In this document: positions 9,277 through 18,153 of the stretch, piece by piece
Layout: each line of letters begins with the position of its first letter
How positions within the stretch are numbered: the first letter of the stretch is position 1
Source: Thermostichus sp. DRC_bins_24
GTDB lineage: Bacteria > Cyanobacteriota > Cyanobacteriia > Thermostichales > Thermostichaceae
Assembly: GCA_039794845.1 (NCBI GenBank)
Contig: JAUQVK010000107.1
Span: 1 to 44,845 of the forward strand
Length of the DNA: 44,845 nucleotides
Reading direction: 5' to 3'
Program-made: the position numbers and the translations under genes
Notes under the pieces: generated by a model
Databases searched by the model: none
The model's input: only the letters and a program-made list of their open reading frames with translations
Told to the model about the DNA's origin: nothing

Positions 9277-9476
9277 CTTTTTCGGCGGGTAGGCCGCAGA
9301 TCGTTCCTAGCCCCGCACCCTACAGGATGGGTGTCGGGATGAAAGCCGAGTGAGGGAAGCAGCGCGTTGCTTGCCTGGATAAGTTGCCGCAGTAGCAGAG
9401 GCAGAGCAACGAACGCCAGGTAGGGAGCAACAAAGCTCAATACTCAAAAGCTCAACACACAACAATCAGAATTGGG

Positions 9477-10175
9477 TCAGAATTCAGGGGGTTCAACAAA
9501 CAGGGTTTCAAGTTTGTTGGCGATGGCCGCAATCCAGGCTTGATCCCGCTGGGTAAAGCTGCGAGGCGTATCGCTTCCCAAAATCAGGCAGCCTTTCTGG
9601 CCAATGGGCTGGCACAGGACTGCCTGGGATCCCGCAGGCAAAAGGCCATCAAACTCCGCTCGGGCCGGAAACAATTTCAAATCCACCAGATACACAGGCC
9701 GTCCTGTTTTCAGCACCCGCTGCAAAATGCTTTTGGGCTGCAATTGGGGAAGGGCTCCTGCCGATGCCAAAATGCCCCGCTGCACCAGGGTTCGTCCATC
9801 CAGCCAAATCAGCAGGGTGCGGGCCGCCGTTGTGGTCAATAGGGTATGCGAGGCCCAGGCCAGCTCCAGCTTCTCAGCTTCGGAAAGATCGGGGTGCCAA
9901 TCGAGGCCGGGGATCCCTTGCAGAGGGACGGTCTTGGGCGGAAGCGGCTGGATTTGCTGCCACAGCAACCCGGTCAGGATCAAAAGGGCGCTAAGGAGGA
10001 TCCCTAACGCATCCGAGCGAGACTGGCTGGTGGCCAATTCCGGCGTGAAGACCAGCCGATTCATAACCAAGAGGCCGCTCCCCAAAAGGCCGGCGACCAG
10101 GGGCAAACGTCTGACCCAGCGATTGGGATCCCTGGAGGCTGGAGTCGGTTCCACCGTCAACGAAGCAAGTAGCAT
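9477..10175 (-). CDS. CCB4-like cytochrome b6 heme ci assembly factor (cofactor assembly of complex C subunit B)
   Basis: RRLPL..G...NRL, SQSRSDALGI, GLLWQQIQP, ELAWAS..LL, VYLVDLKLFPARAEF, RSFTQRDQAWI; start codon uncertain. Confidence 0.8.
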   Translation of the reverse strand: MLLASLTVEPTPASRDPNRWVRRLPLVAGLLGSGLLVMNRLVFTPELATSQSRSDALGILLSALLILTGLLWQQIQPLPPKTVPLQGIPGLDWHPDLSEAEKLELAWASHTLLTTTAARTLLIWLDGRTLVQRGILASAGALPQLQPKSILQRVLKTGRPVYLVDLKLFPARAEFDGLLPAGSQAVLCQPIGQKGCLILGSDTPRSFTQRDQAWIAAIANKLETLFVEPPEF

Positions 10176-10194
10176 CAACAAGGCCAATTTCAGC

Positions 10195-10728
10195 TTACAA
10201 GCGGCTCCAAATGCCAAGACGATCCTGCTGGGCTTTTTCTTGGAGACCCCTGTAGTAGCTGTCGTATTTGATGTTGTGGCTGTAGGGGACGATACGGGCT
10301 AGGCCATTGCGCACCAACATGGCGTTCATTTGATGGCCTTCTAGCCAAACGTAGGCCTCCACCAAGCCCGTGGCATCTTCATTGCGCAGCAGTTTGTCCC
10401 CTTCTAGCTTGACGGTGCGGTAAAGGATGCGCTCCCGGATCAGTTCTACCGCTTGTTCGTGATGGGGACTTTCTTCAAAACCAAGGCCTTCGATGCCTGC
10501 CAACCTGATCAGGCGCATTTTCTGTTCGCCCTCAATTTGCACTACCAACGTGTCGCCACTGACCACCCGCACCACAACTGCATCTGGGTAGCGATCAAAG
10601 CGGTGATTATCAAAGTAAAAGCGGGTATCGGGTACGACCCGAGGCTCTCCAAACCCGTGGCTGGGCATGGCTGGCGTGACCAAGAGCAATCCCGATGCAG
10701 CAAAGCCGAGAGCAACACGCTGGAACAT
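10195..10728 (-). CDS. Secreted thermonuclease (SNase) family protein, probably degenerate
   Basis: Signal peptide; VVSGDT, IRLAGI, AYVW..G..MN.MLVRNGLA, AQQDRLGIW. Confidence 0.85.
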   Translation of the reverse strand: MFQRVALGFAASGLLLVTPAMPSHGFGEPRVVPDTRFYFDNHRFDRYPDAVVVRVVSGDTLVVQIEGEQKMRLIRLAGIEGLGFEESPHHEQAVELIRERILYRTVKLEGDKLLRNEDATGLVEAYVWLEGHQMNAMLVRNGLARIVPYSHNIKYDSYYRGLQEKAQQDRLGIWSRL

Positions 10729-10864
10729 GACCTTTCCCCATTCTTCGGATACAGCTTCGCCTCTTGAGCGTCTGCCCTTCGTTGGAGGGAGCCTCTCATG
10801 GCAGTATTTAAGGTGTAATGGTAGCCGCTACTGTCCAGAAAACAACTCTGGCCGGCAAGGGATC

Positions 10865-13498
10865 CTAGCTGGAGGAGGGGCCGCCATTGGCTGAGCTACC
10901 TGTGGGTTTGGCTTCTGTTTTGGCCTCTAAAGATCCGAGGCGACTGAGCAATTCCTGATGGCTTTTCTTCAGCTGCTCCAATTCTTCGCGCAATTGCTGG
11001 ACAGATTTGTCGCCCCCGAGGCGAGATTGCACCTTTTGAACCGCTTCGCTAAGGCGCCGTTCGATGCGCCCATCTTGGCTGCCCATGCTCTGTAAAATCG
11101 GGATGGCTTTTGGGCTATTCAGTTGGCTCAGGGCCGTGATCACCGCCATTTGCGTAAAGAAAAAGGTCTCGCGGGCCAGATCCCGCAAACACTCGAGAAC
11201 CCGCGCATTTTCTTGATCGGCGGCGTAGGTGCCCAGGGCGCGGATGGCGGCCAAACGCAAGGGCTGCGGGATCCCCAACTGGGTGTGGTGCAGAAGCAGA
11301 TCCAGGGCTTTTTCCGATTGTTTCATCTGGGCCAAACCCGACATCACCCCCGCCCGTACCACCTCGTTCCAGCCGACTTTCTGCTCCAGGGCGGTTTTGA
11401 ACAGGGCAATCACCTCGGTTTCTTCGGGTTTGGGATCCAGTTGCGACCCGGCGATGGTTCCCAGGGCAATGGCAGCGGCAGCTTCCACTTGGTAGCTGGG
11501 ATCCCCGGACTCCAAAAAGGGGCGAATGGCCTGGAAGTTTTCCAGAGACTTCTGTTGGCTCAGGGCTTCGATGGCGGCTTTGCGCACATGGGGGCTGGCA
11601 TCCTGCAGGGCGGCACGCAAGACGGCGAAGGCTTGATCGAGGGGGATGCTCCCTAGGGCTTTGCAGATCTCCAGGCGCACATGCCAGTAGGGCTCACTTT
11701 TCAGCACCTCTTCTAGGGTACGTACGGCCTCCAATCCTCCTTTCTTGGCCAAGGCCTGAGCGGCCAGAATGCGGGCAATCGAGTCGGGGGTATGGCGCAA
11801 CTGGGCCTTGAGTTCTGGGAGCCCGTAGGCGAGCTCTACGGTTTTGAGGGTGTGGTTGCCGTGGTCGAAGCTGAGAAAACTGGGCTTTTGGTCTAGAGGG
11901 AAGTAGAAACTTTGTTCGGCCTCGTGAATGCGAACGGTAAACGTTTTCAGGTTGGGAATGGGGCTAGATTCCGAGACAAATCCAAACACAATCGGGATGC
12001 GCAGATCAAATAAATACTCCTTCTCTTGGGTTTGGGAAACGGTGACTTTGGCCAGGTTCGCGTCGGGATCCCAGCTGTAGGCCACCTTGTAGTCGGGGTG
12101 GCCGCCGCGAAACACGTATTGATCGAAGAGGGGGGCAAGATTACGTCCGGTGGCCTGATCGATGGCACGCAACAGATCGACCGTTTCAACGGTTTGATGG
12201 GCGTGATTGTGCACAAAGGTCTGGATCGCCTTGCGAAAGAGGGTATCCCCCAGTTCTTGGCGGATCATGTGATAGACACAGCCCCCCTTTTGGTAGATGT
12301 GACAGTCGTACAGCTCGATGGCCTCTTTGTAGATGTGGGTAACCATAGGGCGGCGGTAGCGGCTGCTGTCTTCGTTTAGGTAGGCCTGTTGGTCTTGGTA
12401 ACGGTGGTAGGCAGCCTCTTCATAGCCGGTGGTGTATTCCTCCCACAAAACCTCGGCATAGGTGGCCATTCCTTCTTTAATCCAGGCGTGGGCCCAATGC
12501 TTGATCACCACCAGATCCCCGAACCACTGGTGGGCCAGCTCGTGGGCCACCAAAGACTCCGTCCACAGATAATCCAGCGCTGCCCGCTCATCCATTAAGC
12601 AGCGATCGGTTAAGAGGGTGGTGGAGGTGTTTTCCATGCCCCCAAAAATAAAGTCCGCCACGCACACCTGGGCATATTTGGGGTAGGGGTAAGGGTAGCC
12701 GAAAGCATTGGAGAAAAACTCGATCATGGCGGGGGTTTTATCCAGGGAACGCTTGGCATCTTCCTCACGCCCTTTTTCAACCCAATAGGTGACCGGGATC
12801 CCTTGCCAATGGTCTTGAATTTCGGCGAAATCCCCCACGGCCAAGGTCATCAAATAGGTGGGGTGGACTTGCTCCTGCTGCCAGTGAAAACGGGTTTTGC
12901 CCCCCTCAAGGCGATCGATGGCCACCAAACGGCCATTGGAAATGGCTCGATAGGGATCCGCCACGGTCACCACCACTTCTGAAGTGGCCAACTGGCCCGG
13001 ATAGTCAAAGCAGGGGAACCAGTAGCGGGAGTCTTCATCTTCCCCTTGGGTCCAGACTTGCAGAGGCTTGTCGGGGTAGTGGGGGTTGGGTTTGATGAAA
13101 TAAAGGCCCCGTTGCGGTTTTTCCAGACGATAGGCGATCTCGAGGATGAGGGGAGCCGTTGTGGTGGGTTGGCTGAGTTGAATCTGTAAAGTCTCGCCCT
13201 CTTCTTCAAAAGATTGTGCCGCCCCATTCACCCGTACCGATTGGATCCCGAGACGCACCGCGTCCAGTTTCAAGCTGCGGATCCCGGCCCGAATCGGCTG
13301 TAGCTGGATCTGGCAGAGGCCCAAGACGGTTTCAGACTCCAGATCCAACTCCAACTGCAAGCGAATGTGCTGCACTTGACCCGGACGATCTGGGGTGTAG
13401 TGGGGCTGGGATCCCGGCAGGGCAAAGGGTTTGTACTTGCTTTCCGTATCCAGTGTGCCGAAGACCAGGTTCCAGGTATGAGCATCCAGTTGGGGCAT
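10865..13498 (-). CDS. pepN: M1 family aminopeptidase with C-terminal HEAT repeats
   Basis: GGMEN, HELAHQWFGD...E motif, YQKGG; HEAT-like repeats and coiled-coil tail. Confidence 0.93.
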   Translation of the reverse strand: MPQLDAHTWNLVFGTLDTESKYKPFALPGSQPHYTPDRPGQVQHIRLQLELDLESETVLGLCQIQLQPIRAGIRSLKLDAVRLGIQSVRVNGAAQSFEEEGETLQIQLSQPTTTAPLILEIAYRLEKPQRGLYFIKPNPHYPDKPLQVWTQGEDEDSRYWFPCFDYPGQLATSEVVVTVADPYRAISNGRLVAIDRLEGGKTRFHWQQEQVHPTYLMTLAVGDFAEIQDHWQGIPVTYWVEKGREEDAKRSLDKTPAMIEFFSNAFGYPYPYPKYAQVCVADFIFGGMENTSTTLLTDRCLMDERAALDYLWTESLVAHELAHQWFGDLVVIKHWAHAWIKEGMATYAEVLWEEYTTGYEEAAYHRYQDQQAYLNEDSSRYRRPMVTHIYKEAIELYDCHIYQKGGCVYHMIRQELGDTLFRKAIQTFVHNHAHQTVETVDLLRAIDQATGRNLAPLFDQYVFRGGHPDYKVAYSWDPDANLAKVTVSQTQEKEYLFDLRIPIVFGFVSESSPIPNLKTFTVRIHEAEQSFYFPLDQKPSFLSFDHGNHTLKTVELAYGLPELKAQLRHTPDSIARILAAQALAKKGGLEAVRTLEEVLKSEPYWHVRLEICKALGSIPLDQAFAVLRAALQDASPHVRKAAIEALSQQKSLENFQAIRPFLESGDPSYQVEAAAAIALGTIAGSQLDPKPEETEVIALFKTALEQKVGWNEVVRAGVMSGLAQMKQSEKALDLLLHHTQLGIPQPLRLAAIRALGTYAADQENARVLECLRDLARETFFFTQMAVITALSQLNSPKAIPILQSMGSQDGRIERRLSEAVQKVQSRLGGDKSVQQLREELEQLKKSHQELLSRLGSLEAKTEAKPTGSSANGGPSSS

Positions 13499-13574
13499 GT
13501 CAGGGGTGAGGGCGAAAGATGCTTCCCATTATCCTCGCCAGGGGTTCTGGGGGAAGGATTTTTAGGGGATCCCT

Positions 13575-14747
13575 TTAGCTGAGGGGGTTTTGGGAGAGAA
13601 ATTCCCGGTCTGGGGGCAGGGGGGCGACGGGTTGGCTGAGGGTGAACTGGCCTTTTTCAATCCACTCTTTGAGCAGTTCGGCAATCTGCATGGAACGACG
13701 CAAACTGGCCAGGGGGGCGGTGCGCACGTTGCGCCCATTCAAGGTGATCTGGCCAGATTTCAGTTGGGCATAGCTGACCAAGCCAAAGGTGGGCCTGACC
13801 CGCCGGGGAATGGAAAAGTCGATCACAGGGGCAACCAGCTCCTCATCCCGAATGGCAATCGGTTCTAAATCTGCGGGAGAAAGAATCGGAATCGGGATCC
13901 CGACCCCCAACATTAAACCCGGGCCGTAGTTGCGAAAGTAACAGCCCTTCACCCAGTTTGGCTGCATCTGTTTGGCATCGCCGATCAAAGCCAGGGTGGC
14001 GGCGGGGCCGATGGGGGTGTGGTTGGGCAGACGTTTTTGCAACGGAAAATGCTGGGTTCCCTCCCAAGCAATGTAGCCAATGCCCCCTCCCAAAAAGATG
14101 CGGCTGCCGATCCCCACCCGGCGCAACAACGGATCGTTGAACAAGGGGGATAGTTCCCCCGGGTTGGAGTAGACGGCATTGCCCAAATGGGGCTCCAGCA
14201 GACCCAGGTAGGTATACAGGGGGCGGTCGCCGCCGTTCACCCCAACGATGAAGTTTTGGTAAGCATTGCGCGGATTGAACAAGTAAAACTGGTTGAGTTG
14301 CTCCCGGGTCAGGGTGGTTTCGTAGTCGGGGCGCGGGTAGCAGTCGGTCACTTGGCCAATCGCCCGCAAATGCACACTCTTGCCCGCGATCAGGTCGGCG
14401 ATAACGTGCCCGCCCCCATAGGCTTGATCTGCTGAGTCGCTGGGTTGGGCTGCCCCCAGGTAGAGATCGACGGCCCCAAACCCGGCATAGGCCGCCACCC
14501 CGTTGAGCCAGGCCTGACGAATTTTGATCGGCGGATCCGTATGGCCCAAGTTCAGGATCGCCCCGGAAGACTCCATCGACTCGAAGGTGCCGGTGGTGAT
14601 CACATCCACCTGTTCAAAGGCCGCCGGGATCCCTAGGCTGGCTAGCTTCTCTTTGGCTTCCAGGGCTGTCCACACCCGTACCTGGCCTGCTGTGATGCGC
14701 CGGTTAATCTGGTCTAGGGTTCTTTCCATAGGGCAAGAGGTCGGCAT
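13575..14747 (-). CDS. Homocysteine biosynthesis protein (DUF39, L-aspartate semialdehyde sulfurtransferase-like)
   Basis: VDVITTGTF..M.SSG, AVDLYLGA, YGGGHVI.DL, LFNPRNAYQN, GELSPLFNDP, GEGTQH-like motif; start may be 14729. Confidence 0.88.
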   Translation of the reverse strand: MPTSCPMERTLDQINRRITAGQVRVWTALEAKEKLASLGIPAAFEQVDVITTGTFESMESSGAILNLGHTDPPIKIRQAWLNGVAAYAGFGAVDLYLGAAQPSDSADQAYGGGHVIADLIAGKSVHLRAIGQVTDCYPRPDYETTLTREQLNQFYLFNPRNAYQNFIVGVNGGDRPLYTYLGLLEPHLGNAVYSNPGELSPLFNDPLLRRVGIGSRIFLGGGIGYIAWEGTQHFPLQKRLPNHTPIGPAATLALIGDAKQMQPNWVKGCYFRNYGPGLMLGVGIPIPILSPADLEPIAIRDEELVAPVIDFSIPRRVRPTFGLVSYAQLKSGQITLNGRNVRTAPLASLRRSMQIAELLKEWIEKGQFTLSQPVAPLPPDREFLSQNPLS

Positions 14748-14781
14748 GAATGGCTAAAGCCAATCGACAGGATGGAGGCTT

Positions 14782-15651
14782 ATGAATAGCTTAGATGGGC
14801 GGGGAGCGCGGCTGGTGTTGCTTAAGCAGTATGGGCCACTTCTGCCTGCGTTGGGGTTGGTGGGGCTGTTGTACGGGGGCGGGTTGTTGCTGGCCATTGC
14901 CCAAAGCGTGGGTTGGTATGGGTTGGGCCAGTCCGGGTTTACTTTGCAGGGGTATCGGGAGCTGCTCCAGGATGGGGAGGTGTATGGATCCCTGTTGCTC
15001 AGCCTGGGGATTGCTGTGTTGGCGACAGGGTTGGCGCTTGTTTTGGGACTGGGGTTGGCGCTGCTGTTGCGGGGGCTGGGGGGGTGGGCCACCTGGATCG
15101 GTCAGTTGACGTTGCCGATTCCCCATTTGGTCGGGGTGGCGGGAATGTTGCTGTTGCTGGCTCCCAGCGGCTGGCTGGCGCGGTTGGCCTTTCAGCTGGG
15201 CTGGATTGCCTCCGATCAAGATTTCCCCTTGTGGGTGAACGATCCCGGCTATGTGGGGGTGTTGCTCTACTGGCTGTGGAAGGAGATCCCTTTTGCGGCT
15301 TTGGTGGTGTTGACGCTTTTGAAAGGGATCGGCTCAGATCTCCAACAGCAAGCGCGGCTGTTGGGGGCTTCTGCTGGGCAAAGTTTCTGGCACATCACGC
15401 TGCCCCTCCTCAGGCCGGGGTTACTGGCCACCGGCATTCTCATGTTTGGCTTTGTCTTCAGCTCTTTTGAGGTTCCCTTCCTGTTGGGGCCAACTTACCC
15501 GCGTACCTTGCCGGTGTTGATCTACCAACGCTTTACCCACATCAACCTGGAGCAGCGGCAGCAGGCGATCCTTTTGGGTCTCATCTTGTTGGGGGTAGCG
15601 GCGGCGGTGGTGGGTTTGGCGGCAGGATTATTGGGGAAAAGGGATCCCTGA
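14782..15651 (+). CDS. ABC transporter permease (PotB/YnjC-like)
   Basis: Multiple TM segments, WKEIPF, ARLLGAS...ITLP EAA loop, FEVPFLLG. Confidence 0.85.
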   Translation: MNSLDGRGARLVLLKQYGPLLPALGLVGLLYGGGLLLAIAQSVGWYGLGQSGFTLQGYRELLQDGEVYGSLLLSLGIAVLATGLALVLGLGLALLLRGLGGWATWIGQLTLPIPHLVGVAGMLLLLAPSGWLARLAFQLGWIASDQDFPLWVNDPGYVGVLLYWLWKEIPFAALVVLTLLKGIGSDLQQQARLLGASAGQSFWHITLPLLRPGLLATGILMFGFVFSSFEVPFLLGPTYPRTLPVLIYQRFTHINLEQRQQAILLGLILLGVAAAVVGLAAGLLGKRDP

Positions 15652-15676
15652 CTGAGCAGAGAAAAGGGAGGCAGCT

Positions 15677-16501
15677 GTGAGAGCAGGCCGATGGATCGGG
15701 GGCATTCTGCCCAGAGCCGGGGTGGTCATGCTGGCCGTCCTCTGGTTTTTGCCCTTCGGGGTGCTGGGGCTTTGGGCCTTTACGCGGGCCTGGTTTTTTC
15801 CCGACGGGCTGCCACAGGAGTGGAGCCTTGCCGGTTGGCAGTGGGTGTTGAATCCGGGATCCCAGGTGGGGGTGGCCTTTGGTCAGAGTTTGCAAATCGC
15901 CCTGCTCACCACCCTACTGGCCCTGGGGGTGGGGATCCCGGCAGGACGGGTGCTGGGAACCTATCCCGTACCCGCTTGGCTGCGTCTGTTGTTGCTGCTG
16001 CCGGTTATCACTTCGCCTTTGGCGGTGTTGATGGGGATGCAGGCGGTGCTGATTCGCTTGCGACTGGAGGGAACCCCGGTGGGGGTGGTGTTGGTGCATT
16101 TGATCCCGGCGATTCCCTACATGGCGTTGGTGATGGGCAGTGTGTTTGCCCGCTTCGACCGAGGCTATGAGGCACAGGCCCGCAGCTTGGGGGCGGATCC
16201 CTGGCAGGTGTGGTGGCAGGTGACGTTGCCCCTGATCGCCCCTGGGGTGGCCATTGGAGCTGTGTTTGCCTTTTTGATCTCTTGGAACGAGTTTTTGCTT
16301 ACCTTTTTCATCGGAGGTGGACGAGTCCTGACCTTGCCGATGCTGCTCTACAGTTTGTTGCAGGGGGGAAACAATACTTTGGTGGCGACGGTGGCGATCC
16401 TGTCGATGGGGCCGGGGTGGTTGGCGCTGGCGGGGGCAAGCGTGTGTCTGGGTCAGGCGGTTGGGTTATCGCCCACGCTGGTTCAAGATGGGGAACATTA
16501 A
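15677..16501 (+). CDS. ABC transporter permease (PotC/YnjC-like)
   Basis: YEAQARSLGA...VTLPLIAPG, FLISWNEF; GGGAGG upstream of GTG. Confidence 0.85.
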   Translation: MRAGRWIGGILPRAGVVMLAVLWFLPFGVLGLWAFTRAWFFPDGLPQEWSLAGWQWVLNPGSQVGVAFGQSLQIALLTTLLALGVGIPAGRVLGTYPVPAWLRLLLLLPVITSPLAVLMGMQAVLIRLRLEGTPVGVVLVHLIPAIPYMALVMGSVFARFDRGYEAQARSLGADPWQVWWQVTLPLIAPGVAIGAVFAFLISWNEFLLTFFIGGGRVLTLPMLLYSLLQGGNNTLVATVAILSMGPGWLALAGASVCLGQAVGLSPTLVQDGEH

Positions 16502-17292
16502 TACCCTTTCAGGGCCAAGTCGGGCCGTTGCAGGGCGGATCCCACCCGTTGTATCTGGGTGCGGAAGCTGCCATCGGGCTCTAACCACAGTTGTCGTAGG
16601 GCAGGGGGGATCACCTCCAGGCCAAACTCGGCACTCTTGGGGCGAAATTGCACACATGTTGAGGGGCAAGCCAGGTAATCCACCCCCTCTCGGTGGCGGC
16701 GTAGGTCTTGGTGAATGTGGCCGAACAACACCAGGCGAACGTGTCTGAACTCGTCGATGACGCAAAACAAGCGTTCCGGTTTCTGCAGGGTACTTTGATC
16801 CAACCAGGCAGAATCCACCGCAAAAGGGGGATGATGTAGGGCCAGCAGCACATGGTGCTGAGCGGCTTCGCTCCGTTCCAGCTCCTGTCTCAGCCACAGC
16901 AAGGAGCGATCCGTCAGGTAACCGCTGTCTTTACCTGGTACAAGGGAGTTCATCAAAATGAAACTCCAGTTTTCTCGACTGAAGCTTTTCTCCACAAACA
17001 GGCGCTTGGCATGCAGCTCCAGGTTCATGTTGTGCAGACGATCGTGGTTGCCCGCCAGCCAGTAGGTATCGATGGGCAGGGCCTGTAGGTGGGTTTTCAA
17101 ACGGGCGTAGGAGGCGGCACTGCCATCTTGAGACAGGTCGCCGGTGAGCAGCAACAGATCCGGCAGGGGATCCAAACTGGCAATGGCCTTGTGCACCTGC
17201 AAAAAAGAGGTTTCCGTGGTCACCCCCAACAATTGGTGATGTGGCTTGGCAAACAGATGAAGATCGCTAATCTGAACCAAGTAAACAGCCAT
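16498..17292 (-). CDS. cpdA: 3',5'-cyclic-nucleotide phosphodiesterase (Icc/CpdA)
   Basis: Metallophosphoesterase motifs SDLH, TGDLS, GNHD, HHPP, GHIHQ, CPSTC.QF. Confidence 0.88.
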   Translation of the reverse strand: MAVYLVQISDLHLFAKPHHQLLGVTTETSFLQVHKAIASLDPLPDLLLLTGDLSQDGSAASYARLKTHLQALPIDTYWLAGNHDRLHNMNLELHAKRLFVEKSFSRENWSFILMNSLVPGKDSGYLTDRSLLWLRQELERSEAAQHHVLLALHHPPFAVDSAWLDQSTLQKPERLFCVIDEFRHVRLVLFGHIHQDLRRHREGVDYLACPSTCVQFRPKSAEFGLEVIPPALRQLWLEPDGSFRTQIQRVGSALQRPDLALKGY

Positions 17293-17434
17293 AGAAGAAT
17301 TTGAAAAGGGCTAAGCTCACCACTTGCGGAAGTGCAAAGCACTACCGTTCTAGCACCAGGTCGGCCAGTTGGATCCACACTTAGTTCAACTCAGGGACTG
17401 AACAATTCCGCGGATGAGCGCCTCACCGAAGCTT

Positions 17435-18016
17435 TCAAGAAACGTTCAAGGAATGGCCAACATTTTTAAAGGTAGCCTCCACCTGCGGCCAACGGGATTC
17501 TTGGGTAGAGGCGGTCAGGGTATAGAGGCGATGATGGCGCACGGTTACCGTCACCAACTCATGACGAAGCTGGGATCCCAGGTCGGTTTGATATTCCAGC
17601 AGATAATAGGGGTGCTCTTGTCGGCGAAAGGCTTCGGAGGCCAACAACGTGGCAGAGCGACCGGATCCCTCAGGGGCCAAAATTTTCTCCGCCACCAGTT
17701 TTCCCACCTCATCGGGCGTACCCAAATCGGCAATGGTCTCCCCCTTATCAAAGGGGGCGATCATCAAGCTGACATTCTCGCTGTCGTAAACCAAATCTCG
17801 CAGGAGCACCACCGGCCCTTTCCCCGGCCCCAAGTTCACCGCCACCATACCGTTGGGATAGGCAAAGGCAAAAGCCCCGCTGGGATCGCTGTAGGCACGC
17901 AAGTTGGATCCCCCACAGGCGCTGGTGACCAGGCCAAGGCAAACCCAGAGCAGCAGCAACACCTTGGGGAGCCACCGGCTGACTCGGGCCAACTGCCCAC
18001 CTTGTGCTGCTGACAT
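17435..18016 (-). CDS. psbP: PsbP-family lipoprotein (CyanoP)
   Basis: Lipobox VTSAC; F.YPNG, ENVSLMI, LGTPDEVG, YYLLEY, RHEL, LYTLTAS..ESRW; start codon uncertain (18016 or 18058). Confidence 0.85.
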   Translation of the reverse strand: MSAAQGGQLARVSRWLPKVLLLLWVCLGLVTSACGGSNLRAYSDPSGAFAFAYPNGMVAVNLGPGKGPVVLLRDLVYDSENVSLMIAPFDKGETIADLGTPDEVGKLVAEKILAPEGSGRSATLLASEAFRRQEHPYYLLEYQTDLGSQLRHELVTVTVRHHRLYTLTASTQESRWPQVEATFKNVGHSLNVS

Positions 18017-18153
18017 CGTTTGGATCCTCCGCTCAGATCTGTTGCGCATCTTAACCATCGTAGTACGAGCCTATCCGCTCTAACCATCAGAAGCCGGTTC
18101 GGCAGGATTTCTTCTTTTTTGGGTTGGGATCCCAGCACCCATCAGGAGTCGGT

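Noticed and set aside
9297..9365. Glutamine riboswitch-like start (ATCGTTC)
   Set aside because: Lacks the GACGGAAGTA/GAAGGAACG core and lies between convergent 3' ends
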